From NCBI RefSeq assembly GCF_004010195.1, contig NC_057711.1, positions 78,707,738-78,771,737 on the forward strand: 64,000 nt of DNA, written 5' to 3'. The position numbers and the translations under genes are program-made. Shown in pieces: positions 39,901 through 48,540 of the stretch; position 1 is the stretch's first letter, and each line of letters starts with the position of its first letter. The notes beneath the pieces were generated by a model that was given only the letters and a program-made list of their open reading frames with translations, made no database searches and had not been told where the DNA came from. The stretch is from Chiloscyllium plagiosum (taxonomy: Eukaryota).

Positions 39901-40861
39901 TGAATTCAGTGGAGGAGTAAGCCACTTGGCTGTTTGAACTTGCTCTGCCCTTCAGTAAAGAACATTTCCACTTGTCCCTGATAACTTTTCATAATGTCCC
40001 CAATCTTGCTCCAAAGGAACACAAATGGTTTAATATGAGAGGAATTATGAATGGTCCTGGACATTGTGCAAACATTCCACTTCTGACACTTTTTAAATAT
40101 AATGGAGGGAAGGGCATAGAACTTTAACTGAAACAGGCCATTTGGTTCTTTGATGCTGGTCATTGGAGCTGATCATGGTTGATTCTCAGATTCTGCCCTA
40201 AGGACTTTCTGCTGTAATATCCTGGGGTTAAGCTCAATCGGTCGCTGACAACCATTTTCCTTTCATGTCTCCAGCCAGTCTTCTCCATGTCATTTCCGCC
40301 CCCCCCACCCCTGCCATTGACTTCAATTTGCTAAGGTTCCTTGATGCCATGCCCTCACAAGTGATACCTTGACATCGAGAGGTGTCATTCTGAACTCTGC
40401 TCAATATTTTTTTTTTCTTCTTAGGAGTCTACCTGCTTCAATCTACAGAAGTAGAATGAATATTCCATTCCGCATTGGAAATGCTAATGGGGACAGTATT
40501 CTTGAAACTGAATTTCTTGACAAAGCTGCTAAACGCAACATGATATCATTAAAAGGCCACAGGTAAATCTCTCAGCACAAATTATATAACTTAGTGGAAC
40601 TGTGATTCTGATATTTCTTTGGGAAGTCTTTGGGAATTCTGTTTAATAACTAAGGAATATGCAATTGTGTAAATGGGTCTCTTTCAAAGGCAGGATCTGA
40701 TGTTTATTGTATGTTTGTATAAATAGCATTAATTCCATATGATCTGTTGTGCTAGGTCTGTTGGTGGAATTCGTGCTTCCCTCTATAATGCTGTAACAGT
40801 GGAAGAAGCTCAAAAACTCGCAGAGTTTATGATCGACTTTATGAAGGAGCATCATGTGTAA
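18927..40861 (+). CDS. PSAT1: Phosphoserine aminotransferase 1, spliced CDS exons 2-9 (5'-partial): join(18927..18987,19067..19136,26715..26920,27008..27180,34561..34730,37153..37281,40425..40562,40756..40861)
   Basis: Manual splicing at canonical AG/GT sites gives 1053 nt, i.e. 350 aa plus TAA with no internal stop. The frame contains [40 protein letters not shown] (PLP lysine), [14 protein letters not shown] and [17 protein letters not shown], all SerC/PSAT1 motifs. Exon sizes agree with the human PSAT1 layout as recalled. Confidence 0.97.
19067..19136 (+). CDS. PSAT1: PSAT1 exon 3 ([24 protein letters not shown])
   Basis: Polypyrimidine tract plus caacag| acceptor, |gtaagg donor, 70 nt; contains the SHRS substrate-binding motif. 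Confidence 0.96.
19395..20561 (-). mobile_element. Solo-LTR-like element in PSAT1 intron 3, interrupted by a CR1 tail
   Basis: tgttat...cataca termini. Reverse complement shares gaatttagccaatca, tttgacaa.att..accaat and ggg.tataaaa blocks with 2771-3497. Confidence 0.55.
19985..20250 (+). mobile_element. CR1 3' end with (TTCTATG)n tail
   Basis: [10 protein letters not shown]...[12 protein letters not shown] peptide, gggcctgtactgcgctgta 3' stem region and tandem ttctatg tail. Confidence 0.88.
20690..20830 (-). mobile_element. Old Deu-type (SacSINE1-like) SINE head fragment
   Basis: Resembles the reverse complement of the recalled tRNA-head/Deu sequence (cttgaa.cca...tcagaggc; cctcagt.ctgca.tgg.gtg.cagc). 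Related Deu-like pieces lie near 25465 (aaaagatccca.ggcact) and 30710-30870. Confidence 0.4.
20950..21510 (+). mobile_element. tRNA-derived shark SINE interrupted by a palindromic Penelope-derived insert (21015-21247)
   Basis: SINE head gtaatgacgttggactag, body aaaacccatccaggttcattaat, tail ggcaattaagaatgggccataaatgc. The insert is flanked by cagtgttctgggga (21001-21014) and caatgttctggaga (21248-21261). Confidence 0.7.
22310..22730 (-). mobile_element. GC-rich retroelement fragment with a Rex1-like 3' tail
   Basis: Reverse complement ends acttttc...gagtgcacctgacattaaa, similar to the tail of the LINE at 38750-38790. Confidence 0.4.
22808..24930 (-). mobile_element. CR1 LINE 3' half, split by a nested opposite-strand CR1 (segments 22808-23520 and 24601-24930)
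   Basis: ORF 22923..23474 ([29 protein letters not shown]) is continuous with 24585..24875 across the insert. Confidence 0.92.
23528..24600 (+). mobile_element. CR1 LINE, 5'-truncated, nested in an antisense CR1
   Basis: [34 protein letters not shown] and a complete 3' UTR. Imperfect TSD tatttaag (23520-23527) / tgtataag (24594-24601). Confidence 0.93.
26715..26920 (+). CDS. PSAT1: PSAT1 exon 4 ([26 protein letters not shown]...TGSWSAKA...HPKLDAYI)
   Basis: tgcag| acceptor, |gtaaga donor, 206 nt; GGGxGQF PLP-phosphate motif. Confidence 0.97.
27008..27180 (+). CDS. PSAT1: PSAT1 exon 5 ([29 protein letters not shown]...[16 protein letters not shown])
   Basis: ttccag| acceptor, |gtaggt donor, 173 nt; overlaps ORF 27034..27261. 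Confidence 0.97.
27960..28585 (-). mobile_element. CR1 LINE 3' fragment in intron 5
   Basis: ORF 28044..28319 MRGMDRVN...[12 protein letters not shown]...KRHLDGY plus 3' UTR. Confidence 0.9.
28675..28712 (-). ncRNA. Second copy of the minimal hammerhead motif (inverted arm)
   Basis: Reverse complement reads CA-CTGAGGA-T-GTCTCCT(AGAT)AGGGGAC-GAAA-CGTC-TG; stem II is fully paired with one G-U. Confidence 0.7.
29934..29971 (+). ncRNA. Minimal type-I hammerhead ribozyme motif in a PLE pLTR
   Basis: CA-CTGAGGA-T-GTCACCT(AGAT)AGGGGAC-GAAA-CGTC-TG: intact CUGANGA and GAAA cores, stem II, palindromic ACGU stem III and a GUC cleavage triplet. Stem I is only 2 bp. Confidence 0.7.
30900..32385 (-). 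mobile_element. Old CR1 LINE (3' UTR to RT) with a PLE-derived insert at 30921-31038
   Basis: Reverse complement gives [13 protein letters not shown] and FRSC.DKV-like relics. The insert is flanked by taggaacaagagt (30908-30920, 31039-31051). Confidence 0.8.
32386..33039 (+). mobile_element. Penelope-like 3' end/pLTR with a TG-rich microsatellite and a short 5' inversion
   Basis: ~45-bp inverted repeat (32386-32431 / 32573-32618) around (TG/GA)n; mutated hammerhead CTGATGA-A-GGAG..CTCC-GCAA at 32959-32983; ctttctaaaa direct repeats at 32376-32385 and 33040-33049. Confidence 0.7.
33555..33895 (-). mobile_element. Penelope-derived element with partial tandem pLTRs
   Basis: aaacaacaaatgct.gagatc occurs twice in direct orientation (~33560 and ~33870), and the ctgcagatgctgga block is shared with other pLTR copies. 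Confidence 0.5.
34561..34730 (+). CDS. PSAT1: PSAT1 exon 6 ([16 protein letters not shown]...SLYNTPSTY)
   Basis: caacag| acceptor, |gtaagt donor, 170 nt; contains the catalytic PLP lysine. Confidence 0.97.
35097..36320 (+). mobile_element. CR1 LINE 3' end (35097-35540 plus 36260-36320), split by an LTR-like insert
   Basis: [24 protein letters not shown]. The UTR ggatatctggtc(g)gcatggac is split by the insert. Confidence 0.9.
35541..36259 (-). mobile_element. Unclassified 719-bp LTR-like insertion
   Basis: TGA...TCG termini; flanks ggtctgc (35534-35540) / ggtcggc (36260-36266); minus-strand TATAAAA (35704-35710) and AATAAA (35595-35600). Confidence 0.65.
37153..37281 (+). CDS. PSAT1: PSAT1 exon 7 ([16 protein letters not shown]...IDGSNGFYV)
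   Basis: tttcag| acceptor, |gtaagt donor, 129 nt. Confidence 0.96.
37410..38790 (+). mobile_element. Rex1/Babar-type LINE, 5'-truncated, in intron 7
   Basis: CLNDYRPVA...[36 protein letters not shown] and [17 protein letters not shown]; tail gtacacgtgacagtaaatcaatca. Confidence 0.85.
39355..39570 (+). mobile_element. Penelope-like pLTR fragment (family of 32840-33045)
   Basis: Aligns with 32850-33045 and 191-280; the hammerhead core is decayed. Confidence 0.65.
40425..40562 (+). CDS. PSAT1: PSAT1 exon 8 ([18 protein letters not shown]...LKGHR)
   Basis: Long T tract plus cttag| acceptor, |gtaaat donor, 138 nt. Confidence 0.96.
40756..40861 (+). CDS. PSAT1: PSAT1 exon 9, coding part ([34 protein letters not shown])
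   Basis: gctag| acceptor; 106 nt ending in TAA at 40859-40861. Confidence 0.96.
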
Positions 40862-42044
40862 AATATTTGTGTTTTGGTTTTAACGTTGCATTGTATTTCT
40901 GAAATGTAGACCTCTAGGTTTTCAGGAGATGCTGGAAATATTCAGCAGATTTGGTGGCATTGGTAGAAAAATGATTTTTGATTTAGCATTTCTGGTTATA
41001 GAGAGTAGTTGGAATATTGCAGAACTTTAATCCTACCGAAAAAGATGCATTGTCAAAGCTTCCCTTCTTGCGCTTATCAGGATAATTGACTAATTTAAAG
41101 GAAAATAACAATTTTTGTATGAGTGTGCTGATTCGTAAAGTGTTGCCATGGAGAGTACACCAAATTATAGTTCGTTGTCTGTTAACTGCTACATTTGCTT
41201 TAAATTTCAAACCAGACAGGTTGGTTGACGATGGCATTGCCCTGAGAACCATTGACTCTCAAGTCAGCAAAATAAGTGACACTGATTCACTGGATCATTT
41301 TCTCAGGGCAGTGTCTTGATCAATCAGTCACTTCATCTCTTTGAAGGTTAAATTAAGGTTGGTGGCAAACAGTCAACCAACTATTAATTGGTGAACTTTC
41401 TCTATGGCAACACTGCTACCAACCATCATTCTCTCTCATGCCGTGTAAATATTGGTTTTCCACTTAAATTGATATTCTTACAAATTATTATGGTAATTGC
41501 AGTACAAAAATCTTTGACAAAATGTCTTCTCTGAGAAAACTCAATTTCCAGTTAATATTGATTTTGATAGTGGATCATTGACCTTAAACAGTCTCATGCT
41601 TTACAGCCCTGCAGAACATTTCCAGCATCTTTGGCTTTGCTTTAACGTGTGTCTTGTTGGTGAAATACATCTAAGATTCTTTAATCATTTATAAATCATA
41701 CTATATTAGTCTTTTTTTAATTCTGGCACACCTGAACTATCTATTCAGGTTATCACTCTCTGTGATAAACTACAATTTTTAGTGGAGGAACGACCACTGA
41801 ATTAGCCAACAACCAATCTCATTACAAAAGCTTTTTTTTAAATATAGTCTCTCCCTTCACACTAGGCTCTCCCAAGTAAAGCTAACTTTCTAACTGATTT
41901 TGTGGCTATTTGCAGGGAAAGTGGTGGTTGCACAATTTGCAAGTAAAATTAAAGCCTGAAGAATATGGATAGAATGTAGCTTTGCTCTACATTGTAGAGC
42001 TGATCGGATATCCTGGCATTTCACATGGACCTGTATTCAGAGTT

Positions 42045-42410
42045 CAGAAGAATGAAACGTTTAAAATTCTAATTGGGCTGGATATAGGAGATGCAGGGAG
42101 GCAGTTTGCTGTGGTTGGAGAGTCTAGGACTAGGGGACACAGTTTCAGGATATGGAGTAGAACATTTGGGACTGAGATGAGGAACAGTTTCTTCGCTCAA
42201 AAGGTAGTGAACCTGGGGAATTCTCTACCGCAGAAGGATGTGGAGGCCAAGTCACTGAATATATTCAAGAATAAGATTTTTCAATTTAAAAGGCCTCGAG
42301 ATAAGGGGATAATGGTATTGAGATAGAGGATCAGCCATGATCACAATGAATGGTAGTGCAGGCTTGAAGGACTAAATTGCCTACTACTATTTCCTAGGTT
42401 TCTATATTCA
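42045..42410 (+). mobile_element. Old CR1 3' fragment
   Basis: [12 protein letters not shown]...EMRNSFFAQKVVNLGNSLPQK. Confidence 0.8.
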
Positions 42411-43626
42411 AGGCAATGAAATCAAAGTAAAGATAAATATTTTCACACTTTTTTTTGCATTGTTTTTTTTATTGCCTCAGCCTAGCCATTTATGACAATC
42501 TGAATCATTGCATTTTGTTTGGCATAACATTGAACTTAGCTTCTAGATTAATTACAAAAACCGTCTTTTATGTTAGAATTTGCTGCCAGGCAGTCAAAAT
42601 GCAAATGAATAACTGTATTTTAAGGAACCTGAAGTTTGACATTTTCCATTTTGAACTCCTTTGGTACTTGGACAAACTTAGTTTGCGATTTCTGATAAAC
42701 CATTCTTGTGGTTCGTCAGATTGTTGTTACATTCCCTTTGCCCAGCAGTGGTAAACATCTGCGTTTGCTTCCCGAGAGGGTGGTGGATGTGAAGATGGTC
42801 ACTGATTTCAAAGGAAAATTAAAGGAACGTTTAAAGGACATGAACTTTCAGGGCTGCAGGAATAGAGAAGGGGATAGTGTCTGATTTGAATCACTGTACA
42901 GAGACTGAGTTGACCAAATGATGACTTCTGTGCTAAGGCTCCGACTAGGGCATTTTAACTATACACAACATGAAAGGTGTACTGTTGGTCCTACTTAGCA
43001 TTAACCATACATAATTTAACATCTAATCCAATGACAACTTGTAGCAGAAATTTAAGTAGTGGATAAATATCTTATTTAAATGGTCAAGTAGAATGAGTGA
43101 CTCAGTAATTTAGCAAAAGCATTTTTTTTTAAATATTACCAGAAATTTATAGAATGACCTGAACTTTTAATGTTTAGAACAGATGAAAAATGGTCATCTC
43201 TTTCAGCATGATCTGCAAAAGAAAACTATCTTTGGACAAGCAGTTCCTGGAATTATTGTGATAAACTATTTTGTAGCATATATGTGCTCCAATGCACAAG
43301 TATTCTTCAGCCAAGTAGCTATCCTGAATGCATTCTGTGATTTGGTATATGCTGTGTCTTGACCACCTGCTGGTGATTGCTATTTCACTGTCAGTGAGAA
43401 ATGGCAGCTAAATGGCTAAGAGCCAAATTATTACATAAACTCAAACATGTCTTGTGGTTAGTTGGTGGTTTGTGCCCATAACTAGGCCCCTGATTTAAAT
43501 CCATGGGCAAGATAATTAATATTAGCATGATACTTTAAAATATAACTTGGAAAATGTTGATGGGCTTAAGGGGATGTCTTTCCCTTGTTGGTGAATCCAG
43601 AAATAATCTCTGAATAAGGGATCAGG

Positions 43627-44905
43627 ATATGGAAGATATAGACTGTAGGGAAATAGATGGTGACATCTTGCAAAATGTCCAGATTACAGAGGAGGAAGTG
43701 CTGGATGTCTTATAATGGGTAAAGGTGGATAAATCCGCAAGACTGGATCAGGTATACCCAAGAACTCTGTGGGAAGCCAGAGAAGTGATTGCTGCGCCTC
43801 TTGCTGAGATAGTCAATAGTCACAGGTGAGGTGCCAGAAGACTGGAGGTTGGCAAACGTGGTGGCACTGTTTAAGGAGGGTGGTAAAGACAAGCCAGGGA
43901 ACTATAGACCGGTGAGCCTGACCTCGGTGATGGTCACGTTGTTGGAGGGGATCCTGAGGGACAGGATGTACATGTATTTGGAAAGGCACGGACTGATTAG
44001 GGATAGTCAACATGTCTTTGTACATGGGAAATCATGTCTCACAAACTTGATTGAGTTTTTTTGAAGAAGTAACAAAGAGGATTGAGTGCAGAGCAGTAGA
44101 TGTGATCTATATGGACTTCAGTAAGGCATTTGACAAGGTTCCCCATGGGAGACTGATTAGCAAGGTTAGATCTCATGGAATACAGGGAGAACTAGCCATT
44201 TGGATACAGAACTGGCTCAAAGGTAGAAGACAGAGGGTGGTGGTGGAGGGCTGTTTTTCAGACTGGAGGCATGTGACCAGTGGAGTGCCACAAGGATCGG
44301 TGCTGGGCCCTCTACTTTTTGTCATTTACATAAATGATTTTGATGCGAGCAGAAGAGGTCCAGTTAGTAAGTTTGCAGATGACACCAAAATTGGAGCTGT
44401 AGTGGACAGCGAAGAGGGTTACCTCAGATTACAACAGGATCTTGACCAGATGGGCCAATGGGCTGAGAAGTGGCAGATGGAGTTTAATTCAGATAAATGC
44501 GAGGTGCTGCATTTTAGGAAAACAAATCTTAACAGGATTTATACACTTACATGAGGGGCATGGATTGCGTAAATAGGCAAAGTCTTTTCCCTGGGGTTGG
44601 GGAGTCCAGAACTAGAGGGCATAGGTTTAGGGTGAGAGGGGAAAGATACAAAAGAGACCTAAGGGGCAACTTTTTCATGCAGAGGGTGGTGCATGTATGG
44701 AATGAGCTGCCAGATGAAGTGGTGGAGGCTGGTACAATTGCAACATTTAAGAGGCATTTGGATGGGTATATGAATAGGAAGGGTTTGGAGGGATATGGGC
44801 CGGGTGCTGGCAGGTGGGACTAGATTGGGTTGGGATATCTGGTCGGCATGGACGGGTTGGATCGAAGAGTCGTACAGAATGGAAACAGACCCTATGACTA
44901 TGACT
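43627..44905 (+). mobile_element. CR1 LINE RT region plus 3' end, with an internal deletion at ~44550
   Basis: PEDWRLANV...[34 protein letters not shown] and KFADDTKIG. The sequence jumps from TYTL directly to MRGMD. Confidence 0.95.
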
Positions 44906-47900
44906 GTCAGCCATTTTAGGACTTTATTCTAGGAGTTGTGGGTCTCTGAATTCTCGTATTCCAGAGGGCTGGGGCATCTCAGTTCCTAAATATACTTGAG
45001 ACAGATCAATAGAGTTTTGTTTTGGATATATGGAACTGTGGTGAAGAGAGAGATCAATCAGTGACTACACTGAATGATAACCCAGATTGGAAGGGCTAGG
45101 AGATCTATTACTTCTCCAATCTCCTATGCACTTTTAGACTTTCCCAGTCCCCTACCCCGCCTCGCCAAAGAGGTTCATTCCTCTGTGTCTTGGCAGCCTT
45201 TTTGTTTCTCTCAAGATATTAAGTGTTTTTAAGGAAAATTTTAGTGGCATAGTTGGATGAAGTTTGTGACAAGGAAAATGGTTTTCGTCATGAATGATTA
45301 GCATTTGGAATGCTTTTCCTGAGCATGGTTGATACAGATTTTGAAGGAGAGAAAATTGAAGGGTTAAAAGAAACAGATTTATTAATTTGCAAGTAGCTGA
45401 ATATTTGTACGCATCTATTAATTGTAGATTGCTCTGCTCTGAATTTTAAACCTTGAATACAAGGTGCACATCACATGGCCTTTTTTTTTAAATTTTGGTT
45501 TCTCAGGCCTCTTTCCAATATCTCAGAACTACCTCTTATCTGAACGTTATGGAAATTTTATGCATTGGTTGGTGGGTAGAAGCAGAAAATTGAGGCAACA
45601 AGCAGTGTCCAAGAAATGAATAGACTTTTTAAAAAATTGTGTGTTGGCCTCACTTTGAACTTTTGATTTATGGATATTAAAACCACTACATTTTGCACCA
45701 ATGAATAACTTGGAAAATTAAATAACAACTATAATAATGAAGACTTATTTGATTTTTGTTGGGGATTTAATTCAGTTAATTACCTCCGTATGAAAACTGA
45801 GTGAGAAAATATGGAACTATCAATGTATTACTTGATAGCCCATTCATACACCCACAGTCAGATTTTTCACTAAGTTGTATCATCTCTGGAGAAATTTTAA
45901 AATTGGTTCGAATGTTCACATCTGGAACCCCGATGTACTGACCAATATTATTTTGACTGACTGGAGGGGAAATGGGACAGGCAAGATTCTCACTGGGGAA
46001 AAACTCAGCAGAGCCGTTTGAATTACTGAGTTCAAACATGCCCTGTTCTTGCTATTTCAAGGGCTGTTACCCTCAACGTGAGGGTTTGAAATTTAAGGAG
46101 TCACCTTTAAATTCAGCTGACACTTAAACTGACCTAGCATGCCCTTCAAGAACATTTATGACATCTTATTTTGCCATCCCCACCACCTCTCTTAACTCCT
46201 CTGCATTCGCTCATTGCATATTGTATTTTCAACCTCCAGTACTGGCTGAATCGGTGTTTCCTCCAACCAAATATTGGAACATCAAAAGCCCTTGGGTACA
46301 GGTCTCATTGCAAACTCCATTCCTGAGCCATTGACTTCATCCCTCTCATTGAGCAGTGTTTAAGACATGACTGACTAAATGAATGAATCTGACTTGTTTG
46401 TTTGTTTGCACTCTTGGCTTCTTCTTGGCGTCTCAGTTGGCGTGTCCAGCTACATATCTATGCCATCCCCGACTACCACCATCTCTGTGACATGTCTAGT
46501 CACATGTTTGACTGGAAGCCCTCATTTCAGATCTTTGTTACCTTGGGACTCGCCTGTTTTAATGCTCTCCTGACTATCTTCCATTGAGCTTCTACTCTAC
46601 CAAAACTCTGCCTTTCAAACATGACATGTTCACCCATCACCTCTGTTTAGTCTCACTGAACTCTCTTAGCATAAAGTTCAGGAAAGACTTGATTTTAAAA
46701 GGCCGAGTTTGCAGACTAACAGTAGAGGGCACAGATCTAATAAAGGTTAAACAAAAAATAGGGCTTTAATTTCTTATATTTTGTCACAACATAACTAGAT
46801 TGTAATTTTTTAGTTGATTCTTATTGTATGTATGAATATATGAAATTACATATTAAAACATTTTAAACAAATTTTCGTGGGTCAAAAATGCTTTCTTGTG
46901 TGAAAGTGGAGGAGTTATTGAATCCAACGTTTATGATTTAACTATGTACAATATAAGTTCGCTTAAGTTTCAAACTTCAGTAACCACTACTCATTTAACA
47001 ACTTGAAATATGTTTAGCTTTACAAAAACTTAATTTGTTTTAATTGAATGAGGAAAATGCTCAAAAACCTTTTGATGAACTATCTGAAATCCAGAGAAGA
47101 AAGATGTTTTTGATAAAGTAAATGTTTTGCTTGTGATTGAAAAAAGAGCAAGTGAGAGGCAGCAGAGAACATGGGCCAGTGGTGGACAGGACTGTTTCCT
47201 GATCTACAGGCATTAAGCCATGTCATTTTGTGCAGGCACAAAGCTATAGAAGTGCCCACTCGCTGATATGAGCAGTTGTGTAACACTGATGGATACTGAG
47301 TGTTGAACATGTATGTACAACTGTTCCTGGACTAAGCAGATTCACCATCTGAAGACAATTTTTAAAAATGCTTATTTACAAAGTTAAAAATTTCTCAACA
47401 CCAGGTTATACTATAAACCCATTCATATTCTTGCTTTTCCCCATCTCTAATCTCCTCCCAGTTGACAACCTTTGAGATATCTGTGCTCCACCAATAGTTT
47501 TTATTCTTAAATGTCTCTGATTTTAATCACATCACTATTTTGAGGTGGTATCTCTAGTACAAAGGCTAGAATTGCCTTCCTAAACCTCTGTTAAGCCTTT
47601 CTACCTCTTTCACCATTTAAGATGTTCCTTTAAATTTAATTCACATGAAATGAAGTACCACAGGAATTGGAGGCATTCAAAAGGCATTGGGATGGGTATA
47701 TTTAAAAAGAAGAGTTTGGAGGGATATGGGCCAAATGCTGGTAAATGGAATGAGATTAATGGACATCTGGTTGGCATGGATGAGTTGGACTGAAGAGTCT
47801 TTTTCTCTGCTGTACATCTGTCACTCTGTCTCAACTCTAAGGTCTTATTTACCTGTCCTAGCATGTTGTCCTTAAATGGCTTGATGTCGAATTTTATTAA

Positions 47901-48254
47901 ATGCTTGTGAATTGCCTTTGATATATTATTGTATTTAAAATATCATAAAAATACAAGTTGTTAATAGTTGCCACACAAAGCACATCTTTGTCCCTGCTTA
48001 TACTGTTGTTGTTGTTATAAATATTAAGGAATATACAGGAATATATTGCTGATAAATGGTGATTCTGGAATGGTTTTGGGTTGATTGGCAAGTAGTAAAC
48101 ATCATCCCACTATTTAGGGAGGCAGAAAACTTGGAATTATAGACCTGTTGGCCTTCCATTGGTAATAGGGAAAATGCTAGAATCTATTTGTAAAGTTTGT
48201 GATAAATGTACAAACAGATAATAATCTGATTAGCACAGTCTAGGTATAATGATA

Positions 48255-48540
48255 TAACCCTACAGCATGGGAGCAGGCCATTCAGTCTGCACCACCCCTC
48301 CAAAACGTTTCCCTGTAACCCTGCATTTCTCATGGCTAATCCACCTAACCTACACATCCCTGGACACTATGGACAATGTAGCACGGCCAATCCACCTAAC
48401 CTGCACGTTTTGACCATGAGAGGAAACCCACGCAGGCACAGAGAATGTGCAAACTCCACACACACGGTTGCCCAAGGGTGGAATTGAACCCGGGTCTCTG
48501 ACGTTGAGAGGTAGTGGTAGTAACCACTGAAGCACTGTGG
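48255..48540 (-). mobile_element. HE1-related SINE inside an old CR1 (48080-48960, + strand)
   Basis: gtgcaaactccacac...ggaattgaacccgggtctctg. The CR1 NYRPV...GKMLES and YLDFQKPFDK relics flank it. Confidence 0.8.

Noticed and set aside
43831..44823. Consecutive RT-like ORFs that might be an active or domesticated reverse transcriptase
   Set aside because: Frameshift near 44060, internal deletion and 5' truncation indicate a dead CR1 copy.
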